IMG/VR virus record: IMGVR_UViG_2862873970_000001
Coordinates: 14,456 to 78,455 of that record
DNA from: a virus
Lineage: Duplodnaviria > Caudoviricetes
Reading direction: 5' to 3' (one strand)
DNA: 64,000 bases
The notes under the pieces were generated by a model. It ran no database searches. It had not been told where the DNA came from and saw nothing but the letters and a program-made list of their open reading frames with translations. The translations under genes were made by a program, and so were the position numbers. This document shows, piece after piece, positions 23,233 to 32,771 of this stretch (positions within the stretch are counted from its first letter, which is position 1; every line of letters begins with the position of its first letter).

Positions 23233-26200
23233 ATGGCCGAGGGCGGCATCTTTCTTGACATTTTGGCCAGACTCAACATGGCCTCTGTCGACCGCGTCCT
23301 CGCTGATGTCAGAACCATCATGCGCGACGCAGGTGCCAAAAGTGCCCGCGCCTTCGAAGAGGGTTTCAGGCTAGACGCGGCCACCAGCCAGTTCAAGGAA
23401 CTAAGCGCTGCAGCCGATTTGGCTTATCGGGATATGCAGCGTGGCCTAGCCGATCTGCAGATCCAAGAAGCCCGAGTCAACGAGCTTCGCGCCCGTAACT
23501 TCAAGGCCAGCACTGACGCCATGATCTCGGCCCAGCGGGACCTGGATGCTGCCATTGCCAACTCGATGAAGCTCATGGAGACGGCGAATGCCCGTGCTGC
23601 AGAGCAGCGAGCGGCGGCGGTGACAGCGGTTCCGACCCGCGGGCGCTCCGGTGAAGAACCTGAACGCCGCGGGCGTAGTCAGGCCATCCCAATGTCGCGT
23701 GGTGCCAACATTATTGGTGCCGGCGCGGCGATTGGTACGGCAGTGGGCGTGGCCGAGGGTGCCCGGGTCTCTGCAGACACCTCACGGAATATGCAGCAGG
23801 TCAGGGCATTCCACCAGGACCCCACCCACACCCAGGACTACATAAACCGACAAACCCAGTCGATCTACCAGATGTCCACCCAGGTGCCGTATTCGCCGCA
23901 GGAGTTGTCGAAGGTCTATCAGGACATCGAGAACCACGGCTACACCGGCCAGGCCGCCCTGGACCTTTTGAGTACGGCGGCGAAAACCGCTGTGTCCACC
24001 CAGGCGGATCTAAAGGACACGACGGACGGTTTGATGACCACCGTCAAGGACTTCGGGGTACAGGCGCAACTTCAGAGCACCAATCTGGATGAGTACAAGA
24101 AGGGCCTGGAAGACCTGAACCAGATGGCCGGCCAGCTTGTCGGTACATTCGGTCAGCTCAAGGGTGTCAACCCCGATGAGTTCTTCCGGTCACTCGGTAG
24201 TGTTGAGCCGACAGCCATGAAGTACATGGCGAACCTGTCGGGCCCCGCGGCTTCCGCTCAGGTGAACTCGGCACTATCCCTCTTGGCTCAGGTCGGTATC
24301 GGCCCAGAGCAGGGCTCCCACAACGTTTCTCGGATCATGGCCCAGTTGGGATCCATCCCTCCGGGTAGCAAGATTTACAACATGCTCGGGCAGTTGGGCG
24401 TCAAGCCCGAGGATATCGTCACCACCACTCGTGATAAGGGTATCTTCGCCCCGCTGCAGATGATTCAGGGTGCCATCGCGTCCAGAACTAACGACGCTGG
24501 CATGGTCAACATCGGCTGGCGGTACAACAACCAGCAGGTGTCTGAGCTGGAGCAGCAGGGCTACCAGAACCTGAGCCCCGAGGGTAAGGCGTTTGTCGAC
24601 TCCCACCCGGAGATCAGGCAGGGCCTGGCATCGAAGATGTCACTGCGCAAGGCGCTCAAGGGTACAGACCTTGGTGCCGGCGAAATCGGCGATATCTCCA
24701 CCCTGGCCCAGTGGTACTCAATGTCCAACGGCCCCAACAAGTTCACCAAGCAGGGTGAGCCCACCGAGGTCACCCCAGGGCAGGTCTACCAGATTCTGTT
24801 CGGTACCGGTGACATCGCCCGTACCGGTGCGATCCTGGGTAACAGTGCCCAGGAAGGCCAGCAGGTCGCAGACCAGCTCACCAAGACTGGTTCAGATGCC
24901 CTGAAGAACGCCTTCAAGGACATGATGTCCCAGCTTCCCGAGCAGTGGAAGCAGTTGGGGGCGTCGCTACAGTCCCTGGCGGGTCAGATGGGTCAACACC
25001 TGCTGCCGGCCCTCACTCGCTTTGTGGGTGATCTGAACGGCGTTGCCGACTGGCTGGATCGCCACAAGACGGCCGAGGAAGCCCTAGTGGGCACCGTGGG
25101 TGCCATCGCGACGGCGTGGGGCGCAGCGAAGATCGTCAATATCTTCAGCGACCTGGCCGGTCCACTCGGCAAGCTTAAAGATGCCGCGAACACACTCGGC
25201 GGGATCATGAGTGACCGTCTGCCGACCCAAGTCGGGGGCCTGGGTACCGCCGCCGAGACGACGGCGGGCGAAATCAGAAAATCCGGCATCGGCTCTGCCC
25301 TGAGGGGCGCCGCCGCTAACGTCTCCGCCGCCTTCTCAAGGGGTGCATTGACGTTGGCGATTGCCCAGACTGTTGGTGGCGCTCTTGATGCCTCTGGCCT
25401 CCCTACGCCCGGTGAAATAACCCAACACCATCCCGGTGCGTCTACTAACCCTGTCCCATCGTGGCTTCAGGACCCCAAGTGGCTGCAGGGAATTGGAAAG
25501 TTTTTCGGAATGTATGACGGTCAGGGCGGCAAGGCACACGGCGGCATCGTCGGCTTCGATGACGGCGGTGTAACCAATCCCTACTCACAGCCGCTAATGA
25601 GCGTGCCCGACAAGGGTATTGACACAGTTCTCGGCATGTTGCCCAACGGAACCCCGGTCGGGTTGCGCGGTGGGGAGGGCATCCTCACCCCAGAGGCCGT
25701 GAATAAGCTCGGCGGCAAGGGTGCCATCGATGCGCTCAACAACCCTTGGGCCGACCCACTCAAGGTGGGTGCGACCTTCTACGGTTCATTCGCCAAGGGT
25801 GTGGCCAAGTACTCCCCATTCGGTAAGTACCTCACGGCCACGAGTCAGACCATTGACTCCCTAGTTGATGAGTTTGAGAAATCCAACGAGGCTCACGAGG
25901 CTGGCCACGGCCGTCACCACCGCAAGGGGCTGCCGAGCGAAATCGAGGGACTATTGTCCTCTGGGCTGTCGCCCGAGGAAGTTATGCAAAAGCTCGGCGT
26001 CAAGGCCGGAAAGCGCGGTGGGCTTGAGCTTCCAAGCGGACAGTACCTGTCCAACGAGGACCGTGCGCTATTGGGGCTCCCCGCGGCGAAGAGTCGCGGT
26101 GGCGGTGGCCCATCCTCGGGCGGCTTGATACCCGCCCTGCGGAGGGCCGGCATTGACCCGAGCATGTACCCGCTGCTTCAGGGGTTCGCAAAAACGGAGG

Positions 26201-27663
26201 GGGATAACCCCTCTGGCGTACCCACCCTGGGCTTCACCGACTCCCAGGCCGGCAGCTCGTTGGATGAGCATGCGCAAGCTTTGGCAAATCAGATCCGCAA
26301 TCGTCAGTCAGTGGCGGGACCGTTCCCGGCCAATGGCAGCCCTCAGGAGCAAGCGTCCTGGATGGCTACTGTCGTGGGCCAGAACGGAGTGCAGAGCGAC
26401 TGGCAGGGCAATGCCCAACCTTCCCGGCAGGATTACGTCAACCGTGTTGCGAGCGGTTTTGGCCCCAAGTATTGGTTCTCCCAGGGTGGCCAAATTCCCA
26501 CCGGGGATCTCGGCCCCCTTTATGGGACCAGCCCTGGCCCCACGCCGGGTGGCCCTGGTAGTCAACTGTATCCAGGACCGGGTAGCGGTGGGATTAACAG
26601 CACCTGGGTTCCAGACTGGTGGAATAAGGCATTACGCAAAGGCTCTGGCCAGCATCCGTGGTGGCAGGCGCCCTATAACGGAAGTCCTCCCCCGCCAGCG
26701 AATGATCAGGGACCGCATCGACCGCCCGTTGATGATAATACGGAGCCGTTCGGATATTCGACCGGTGGCATTGTCGGTTTCGACGGCGGCGGCTTCGTGC
26801 CCACACCAAGCCAGCCCGGTGTTGGTGCAGCACAGGCATCTACAAACATCACCACCGCAGCACAGGCTCGGGGTATTGCACCCCAGGATGGCGGAAAGGC
26901 GCCCGATATCGCGCCTAAGGACATGCCGAATCATGTTCCGGCCCCCGGTAACACAAGCACCCCACCGCAACAGCTAAAGAATCAACCGCCACCCCCGGCC
27001 ACACCCGACAGACGGCCTCCGGGCTCGGACAAGGGGCCCGACAAGGCCAAGATGCCACAGTTCACCGCCCCTGGCGGCAAGCCGGGTGACTACACAACTC
27101 CGGAAGACACCCGCAACCTGAACAACAACCCATCACGCGAGCCGGGTATCAACAACACCTCTAAGGGATTTGGGGTCAGTGGCGGCTTAATTGGCACGGC
27201 CGAGGGCGCTGCGGAGATGGCGGCGTCAACAGCCGCTAACGCATTCGCTCCCGGCTCTGGGGCTGCGGCCAGTCAGGCGATGAACATCGGGTTCCAGTTG
27301 GCCAACCGTGCGATGGGCTATGCAGGCCAATTGGCCGGCATCGGCATCGAAGGCATCATGGAAACCTTCCTGCCAAACGACTCAGCGCTGGGTGACCCGA
27401 CCAACAACATCCTAGGCAAGATGGCCATGGGTATTGCTGGTGCCCACCCAAGTCCCAAGAACACCGCGGGTAATTCAGCAATGAAGCTGGACCCGAAGGA
27501 GAACTTGGACGCGGGTGCGATGGCTGGAAAGCAGCAGGCGCCGATCCATATCGAGAATGTTCATAATCATGGCCAACAGAGCTGGGAGGGCTTAGAGGCC
27601 GCTCAAAAGAAGGCGGTCTTCCAGGGGACCATGGGTAATTTAAATGGGGCTAGTTACCGCTAG
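23233..27663 (+). CDS. Tape measure protein
   Basis: 1476 aa Ala/Gly-rich, after TAC; repeated F/Y-x-x-GG motifs. Confidence 0.92.
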   Translation: MAEGGIFLDILARLNMASVDRVLADVRTIMRDAGAKSARAFEEGFRLDAATSQFKELSAAADLAYRDMQRGLADLQIQEARVNELRARNFKASTDAMISAQRDLDAAIANSMKLMETANARAAEQRAAAVTAVPTRGRSGEEPERRGRSQAIPMSRGANIIGAGAAIGTAVGVAEGARVSADTSRNMQQVRAFHQDPTHTQDYINRQTQSIYQMSTQVPYSPQELSKVYQDIENHGYTGQAALDLLSTAAKTAVSTQADLKDTTDGLMTTVKDFGVQAQLQSTNLDEYKKGLEDLNQMAGQLVGTFGQLKGVNPDEFFRSLGSVEPTAMKYMANLSGPAASAQVNSALSLLAQVGIGPEQGSHNVSRIMAQLGSIPPGSKIYNMLGQLGVKPEDIVTTTRDKGIFAPLQMIQGAIASRTNDAGMVNIGWRYNNQQVSELEQQGYQNLSPEGKAFVDSHPEIRQGLASKMSLRKALKGTDLGAGEIGDISTLAQWYSMSNGPNKFTKQGEPTEVTPGQVYQILFGTGDIARTGAILGNSAQEGQQVADQLTKTGSDALKNAFKDMMSQLPEQWKQLGASLQSLAGQMGQHLLPALTRFVGDLNGVADWLDRHKTAEEALVGTVGAIATAWGAAKIVNIFSDLAGPLGKLKDAANTLGGIMSDRLPTQVGGLGTAAETTAGEIRKSGIGSALRGAAANVSAAFSRGALTLAIAQTVGGALDASGLPTPGEITQHHPGASTNPVPSWLQDPKWLQGIGKFFGMYDGQGGKAHGGIVGFDDGGVTNPYSQPLMSVPDKGIDTVLGMLPNGTPVGLRGGEGILTPEAVNKLGGKGAIDALNNPWADPLKVGATFYGSFAKGVAKYSPFGKYLTATSQTIDSLVDEFEKSNEAHEAGHGRHHRKGLPSEIEGLLSSGLSPEEVMQKLGVKAGKRGGLELPSGQYLSNEDRALLGLPAAKSRGGGGPSSGGLIPALRRAGIDPSMYPLLQGFAKTEGDNPSGVPTLGFTDSQAGSSLDEHAQALANQIRNRQSVAGPFPANGSPQEQASWMATVVGQNGVQSDWQGNAQPSRQDYVNRVASGFGPKYWFSQGGQIPTGDLGPLYGTSPGPTPGGPGSQLYPGPGSGGINSTWVPDWWNKALRKGSGQHPWWQAPYNGSPPPPANDQGPHRPPVDDNTEPFGYSTGGIVGFDGGGFVPTPSQPGVGAAQASTNITTAAQARGIAPQDGGKAPDIAPKDMPNHVPAPGNTSTPPQQLKNQPPPPATPDRRPPGSDKGPDKAKMPQFTAPGGKPGDYTTPEDTRNLNNNPSREPGINNTSKGFGVSGGLIGTAEGAAEMAASTAANAFAPGSGAAASQAMNIGFQLANRAMGYAGQLAGIGIEGIMETFLPNDSALGDPTNNILGKMAMGIAGAHPSPKNTAGNSAMKLDPKENLDAGAMAGKQQAPIHIENVHNHGQQSWEGLEAAQKKAVFQGTMGNLNGASYR

Positions 27664-28454
27664 TTGATGGGTTCGGGTACGGCGTCGAAGGGGATCTTTG
27701 CCCAAGTCTTCGAGTCGCCACCACACCCGCTGCCCTCCACCGTATTGGTCTGCATGCCGGCAAACGTTCCATCGGGTCGCGGGGTGAACACCCACTTAAT
27801 GGTGAACTCCCCCGTAGTCCCATCCCCACAGTCGACAGACAGGTGGGGCGGAATGTTCTGCCACCCCCCATCAATGAATTGCAGTGTCGTATTAGTTGGA
27901 CCCTTCGGAGCGTTCAGCGGCAGTGGATGGTCGGGGTCGGTCACTGCGGTCCCCACTGCGGTGCATACCCCATTGTCCGAGCAGGACGAATGAAATTCCC
28001 AGAGCCCGGATGTATCTGAGAGTCCCAGCGGGTTATTGCCATCACTGGTCGTCTCGCGACTGAAGTGCATCTGCAGTCGATAGACGCCATTGAAGGTGGG
28101 CCAATGCGGAGCTGGCGGGGACGGCCGCACAGTTGAGGGCGGTGGCGCTGGTGTCGGTGTTGACGTGGGAGCTGGGGCTGTGCGCCCCCCGTGCCACAGG
28201 ACCCAGGAAAGCCAGCCCACTGCCGCCAAGGCCGCCACCAGCGCTATAGCGACGGGGATCCACCACATACCGCGAGGGCTCGACTCTGCCCACGCCTGCG
28301 TATCCGGCTCCTCCCGGGACCAGGCCAGTGCGGGCTCGATGGCCACCCCGGTCGGGGGATAGTCCTCCACTATCACCTCAGTGGGGAACACGAGCCCCAT
28401 CTCCGTGGGTGGCAATTCTTCGGCTACAGCAGCCGTATCCCGTAACTCAGCCAT
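27660..28454 (-). CDS. Single-pass membrane protein with mycobacterial extracellular domain (PknI-sensor/Rv2253-like)
   Basis: Acidic N-terminus, TM helix WWIPVAIALVAALAAVGWLSWVLW, Pro linker, Cys/Trp beta domain; likely leaderless (TATTGT 6 nt upstream of ATG). Confidence 0.7.
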   Translation of the reverse strand: MAELRDTAAVAEELPPTEMGLVFPTEVIVEDYPPTGVAIEPALAWSREEPDTQAWAESSPRGMWWIPVAIALVAALAAVGWLSWVLWHGGRTAPAPTSTPTPAPPPSTVRPSPPAPHWPTFNGVYRLQMHFSRETTSDGNNPLGLSDTSGLWEFHSSCSDNGVCTAVGTAVTDPDHPLPLNAPKGPTNTTLQFIDGGWQNIPPHLSVDCGDGTTGEFTIKWVFTPRPDGTFAGMQTNTVEGSGCGGDSKTWAKIPFDAVPEPIN

Positions 28455-28483
28455 ACGCAAACAATAGCCCAAGGAAGGCTTCT

Positions 28484-30163
28484 TTGACCAGTCCCTTTGT
28501 CTATCCACCGGGCCAGATTTCTCAGTGGGGTATAAACCAGGCTCTCACTAACGAGAATACCTGGATCTCCTATATCGGCGCCGATGGAACGATCTTCTAT
28601 CTCGCCGGCCCACTAGCCCCCGTAGCAGGGGCCCAGGATGGCGTGGTCCTCCTTAAGCACATGGGCTTGATGTCTCCGTTCCAGAACCTGGATCAGAGAG
28701 GCGCACGGCAAGACGGCGCCACCTGGAATGCGACCGTCTACGACCCGGGCGAGATCATGCTCGGTGTTGAGGCCTCTGGCCTTGCGCCGCAGAACATTCG
28801 GGATGTCATCCGGCACTGGATTAGCGCCTGGAAGCCGCGGGCCACCGGCATCTTCTCCGTCTTCACTCCCGACATGGGTGAGTGGTGGTGCCCGGTGCGC
28901 CTCGGTAAGCACATCAGCGACGAGTTCACCAAGGACTACACCTACTCGGGGCGCCAGGTCTTCACCTGGGAGGCCATCAACTATGACGCCTTTTGGTACT
29001 CCGTGGATTCGGTGTCTTCTTTCGGCGCCAACATCGTCACTAACACGGTTAATTTCACCCAGTTGCCCAATGCAACGACACTGCCCAACACCTTCACCAG
29101 TTTCATCACCCCAAGTACAGACGACGGAACTCAGGGAATCCAGAACGGCGCTGCCGTACTAATCCCCACCAACGGCCAGGTCTTTGAGGCCCAGAACATC
29201 TACAACACGGCGACGGACACTGATGACCAAATCGTCTCCATCACTTTTGCCGGCGCGACGCTGGCACACCTCTTCGATGTCTACGACCCGTTCTGCTATG
29301 TCGACGTCTGGGCCCGCTGCAGCAGTGACGGTAAGAACGGGATCCGCCTGCGCCTCTCAATGCTGACGCATGAGATCGCCGCGTTTGTCGACGGGGCGAT
29401 GGTTTGGGAAGAAGTCCTAATCAACGTCGAACCGCCGCTATGGGGTGAGACTTTCACCCTTATCGCTGGTACCTCCACAAGCCCATACAACATCATGGCG
29501 CTTCGCGATGGCTTCACCTACTTCAATGTGCAGGACAACGCTCATCTATCCGCACTGGGTGAGGATTATCGACTCACCGGCTTCGGTATGACGTCGTCCA
29601 TCTATCTGGGCCTCTACTTCAATCCTCAGCCCATCGCCGTGTTCTCCATGGGGGACAACACGACAATCACCCAGTCGGGCACCGTGCCCCTGACGAACAT
29701 CGGTGATGAGGACGCGTGGCCAAGGTATTTGGTATACGGCCCAGGCACTTTCAGCTTCTCTAACGGCCCCGGTAGCCAGAGCATGATCACCTTCGGGCCA
29801 CTTGAGGCGGGGCAGGTAGCCCTTGTGTGTACCGACCCGATGTTACGAACGATCACCGACCTAACACCCGGGCAGCCACCGCCTCCGACCGCGGCTCAGC
29901 AGAGCCTACTCACGGCCCTGCTCTCCTTCGCCCAAAACAACAACACCCCACCCTTCCTTGCGCAGTATCAGTCCGTCTTTGGCGCTGTCCCGCCGCAGGG
30001 AAACCTCTCCGCACTGGTCAGTGGCAGATTCACCAATCCGCTTCCAGGGGCGGTGTATGGCATCGCACCCAAGGAGCAGCACTTCAACGTGACTATCACT
30101 AATGGTGGACCCACAAGCAAGGTGGTGGCGGCTGTCACGCCCATGCGGCGATGGCCACTCTAA
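28484..30163 (+). CDS. Minor tail protein (distal tail-like)
   Basis: TTG start after AAGGAAGG; RQDGAT...NIGDEDAWPRY; follows TMP. Confidence 0.85.
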   Translation: MTSPFVYPPGQISQWGINQALTNENTWISYIGADGTIFYLAGPLAPVAGAQDGVVLLKHMGLMSPFQNLDQRGARQDGATWNATVYDPGEIMLGVEASGLAPQNIRDVIRHWISAWKPRATGIFSVFTPDMGEWWCPVRLGKHISDEFTKDYTYSGRQVFTWEAINYDAFWYSVDSVSSFGANIVTNTVNFTQLPNATTLPNTFTSFITPSTDDGTQGIQNGAAVLIPTNGQVFEAQNIYNTATDTDDQIVSITFAGATLAHLFDVYDPFCYVDVWARCSSDGKNGIRLRLSMLTHEIAAFVDGAMVWEEVLINVEPPLWGETFTLIAGTSTSPYNIMALRDGFTYFNVQDNAHLSALGEDYRLTGFGMTSSIYLGLYFNPQPIAVFSMGDNTTITQSGTVPLTNIGDEDAWPRYLVYGPGTFSFSNGPGSQSMITFGPLEAGQVALVCTDPMLRTITDLTPGQPPPPTAAQQSLLTALLSFAQNNNTPPFLAQYQSVFGAVPPQGNLSALVSGRFTNPLPGAVYGIAPKEQHFNVTITNGGPTSKVVAAVTPMRRWPL

Positions 30164-31902
30164 GCCGAGCAGAAGACTGGACTAACCCAACAAACTTACT
30201 TCCCGCACTTACATCTGGATCCCCAGAGCTGGCTTCGGCCGCATCATGGACCGCGGCGCTGGCCAATCAAGAGCCGGCCACGGATATCAGCGTGACGTTC
30301 TACACGTACACGTATGAATTCCTGGCGACCTGTGATTCCTATATCTCGCTGGAAGTCGAGTCTAAACGCAATGATATGGGCACGGCCACCCTTGTTCTCA
30401 AGGCCGATGACCCCTGCGTACAGATTGCCATGCAATGCACGACCACCGTCGTGCCAGTGGTTATCCAGTTAAATAACATCCGGTGGAGTGGACGCGTCAA
30501 TTCGTACTCCAATGCGCTAAACAATCGCCTGCGTACATGCACCATTGAACTAATCGATGACTTCGCTTGGTTCTCCAGGATGCTCGTGTGGCCGAACTTT
30601 GAATTGCCCATTGAGATCCAGGTGCCTTCGAATGCCGTGTACGTTGGCCCCGCCATTAGCTGCGTCCTTACCATGATCGCCGAGCAGGCTTTTCGCCTGC
30701 AGTCGGGCATTTGGAACTTCATCAACGATCCCATTGTCTCGGTGTTGTCGCTTCCTGTCGCATGGCAGGACTTCTTGCAGAGATGGAATATGGCCGGCGG
30801 CAACCTGCTGCAATACTTGGCCGCCCCCATTTGCGTCATGTTCCAGAACCCGATATTCGACACCTCTCCGTGGGTGGCGCTTACCGGGCGCATGGACAAG
30901 ATCTACGACCTGATCAAAGACACGCTGATGGATTATGGCCTGGCACTGCAGATCAACCTGTGGCTGCCCGGTGACCCACAGCCCGGTACCGAGGCACTGA
31001 TGGCCTCCATGCTGCCGCTGGTGACCGAACTTACCGGCCCTACGCTGGTGGTTACCTGTGTCGACCGCCGTGGCGTGACGGGGCCCACGGGCACGTTTAT
31101 CGACGGCCTCGTGGAGGACGTTGTCGACCTGGAGCACAGCCTCCTGGGCAACACCCTTTCTCCATTCCTGAATCCCAACAACGAGTACTACCCAGCCAAC
31201 CTCGGTATCAATATTGCGCCGACATTGGGTGTGAACTTCGTGCCGTCCTGGGTCCTATTCAATGGCGACGATCCTAAATTCAGCGGACTCGATTCATTCA
31301 AGCTGACTGGTTATCACCCCCTCGCGCACACCGTGGTGGGCGGCGGCAAGAGCCCTAAGTGGTTAGATGACCTAATTAACGCTACTCTGGAATTTCTCAT
31401 CGATGCCATCGAAATTACGGTGGGCTTCACTGGTATTCCGGACACGTTGCTGAATGGAACCTTTGACGACATCCTCTTGGCATTCCAGGAGCAGATCAAC
31501 TACGAGCGCCGGCTTCAGCTAGGGCCATTCGGATTCCCCGAATACTTCATGAAAACCGGGGCATCTGCATACACCCTGGACGAATGGTTCGCCTTGATGC
31601 AGGGGATGTTTGATAGTCAAGGCTATACCTGTATTCAGCTTACTTGGCAGGATGGACGACCGTACGAGATTGGTCGGGATGTATTCCTGGGCGGACTTGT
31701 CTCTTTTGTGCTGGACGGTCTTCTCTACACGGACTATGTCTACTCCTTCAAGATTAAAGATGATCGTAAGACTCGCGCTCTAGTCGAAATCGTTGTCGGC
31801 GATGGAAAGCGTGAAGTTAACCCAATCCTGCGCGTGGTTCGCATGCTCACCGGTCTTGAACAAGTCGTGAACGTGGTGACGATGAGTCCCGCTGGCAACT
31901 AA
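30151..31902 (+). CDS. Minor tail protein (Gp37-like hub)
   Basis: RWSGRV, DTSPW, VVGGGKSPKW, DILLAFQ motifs typical of mycobacteriophage tails. Confidence 0.88.
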   Translation: MATLSRAEDWTNPTNLLPALTSGSPELASAASWTAALANQEPATDISVTFYTYTYEFLATCDSYISLEVESKRNDMGTATLVLKADDPCVQIAMQCTTTVVPVVIQLNNIRWSGRVNSYSNALNNRLRTCTIELIDDFAWFSRMLVWPNFELPIEIQVPSNAVYVGPAISCVLTMIAEQAFRLQSGIWNFINDPIVSVLSLPVAWQDFLQRWNMAGGNLLQYLAAPICVMFQNPIFDTSPWVALTGRMDKIYDLIKDTLMDYGLALQINLWLPGDPQPGTEALMASMLPLVTELTGPTLVVTCVDRRGVTGPTGTFIDGLVEDVVDLEHSLLGNTLSPFLNPNNEYYPANLGINIAPTLGVNFVPSWVLFNGDDPKFSGLDSFKLTGYHPLAHTVVGGGKSPKWLDDLINATLEFLIDAIEITVGFTGIPDTLLNGTFDDILLAFQEQINYERRLQLGPFGFPEYFMKTGASAYTLDEWFALMQGMFDSQGYTCIQLTWQDGRPYEIGRDVFLGGLVSFVLDGLLYTDYVYSFKIKDDRKTRALVEIVVGDGKREVNPILRVVRMLTGLEQVVNVVTMSPAGN

Positions 31903-31922
31903 TTAAATAGGGAATTTATCAA

Positions 31923-32771
31923 GTGGCAATTACTGTCGACGGCAATAACCTCGTCTTTGAGGGTACTGTCACAATCACCAATTTCAATGCAACTCCAACC
32001 ACTGGTGTTTGCACGCTGACCCTTACCCCCAGCGGCGGGGTGGGGTCTTTCCCGGCGTTGGCACCGGGCCTCCCCGGCATGGCGCCAATTCTGACCAAAG
32101 GCACCGTCACCACCCTGGCCGCGGGACAGCAGGCCACTTTCGACCTCGTTCAGACCAGCCCCGGCGGTGCCGGTGTGGCGTCGGAGTACACAGTCAATCT
32201 GGGCCTGCCCCAGGGCGCTGACGGAACCTCCGGAACCACCACGATTGGCACGGCCAGTGACGTCAGTGGCACGCCGGCCGCAGGTGATTTCATCTCGGTG
32301 TCGGGGGTTAATGGCGGCACTCCGTCATTCGAGTATGTCTCCTTCCCGTGGGGAAACGTCTACAACGCAACGTCATTCGACACGGTCAGCGAGAGCGGAA
32401 ATACGCAGGGCACCCTGGGGACGATCAATATTCCGGCGCAGACGGCCGACTACTACCCAATCGTTTACGCGACGGCCATCGTCAATGGCACCGCCAACAC
32501 CGTGGTGGAACTCCTAGCCTTGATTAATAGTCCGACCACGGGCCAGGTCGTGGCGCAGGTTCCGGGCTTGTCTGGCACTGCAAATCAGCGCCTGGTGATG
32601 ATCCCCGGGTTTGGTGCGCTCATTGGTGCGTCCGGCTATGGCAAGGTGTCCGCGGGCGAGACTGTCGAGATCTACCTGGTGGCCCGTCAGACGGCCAGCG
32701 TTTCTGATAGCTGGGCGATTGAGGCCTCGACGGTCACGTTCACAGTCGAAACGCGCCCGGTGGCTTCGTGA
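31923..32771 (+). CDS. Minor tail protein
   Basis: Gly/Thr-rich, LGLPQG motif; position. Confidence 0.8.
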   Translation: MAITVDGNNLVFEGTVTITNFNATPTTGVCTLTLTPSGGVGSFPALAPGLPGMAPILTKGTVTTLAAGQQATFDLVQTSPGGAGVASEYTVNLGLPQGADGTSGTTTIGTASDVSGTPAAGDFISVSGVNGGTPSFEYVSFPWGNVYNATSFDTVSESGNTQGTLGTINIPAQTADYYPIVYATAIVNGTANTVVELLALINSPTTGQVVAQVPGLSGTANQRLVMIPGFGALIGASGYGKVSAGETVEIYLVARQTASVSDSWAIEASTVTFTVETRPVAS

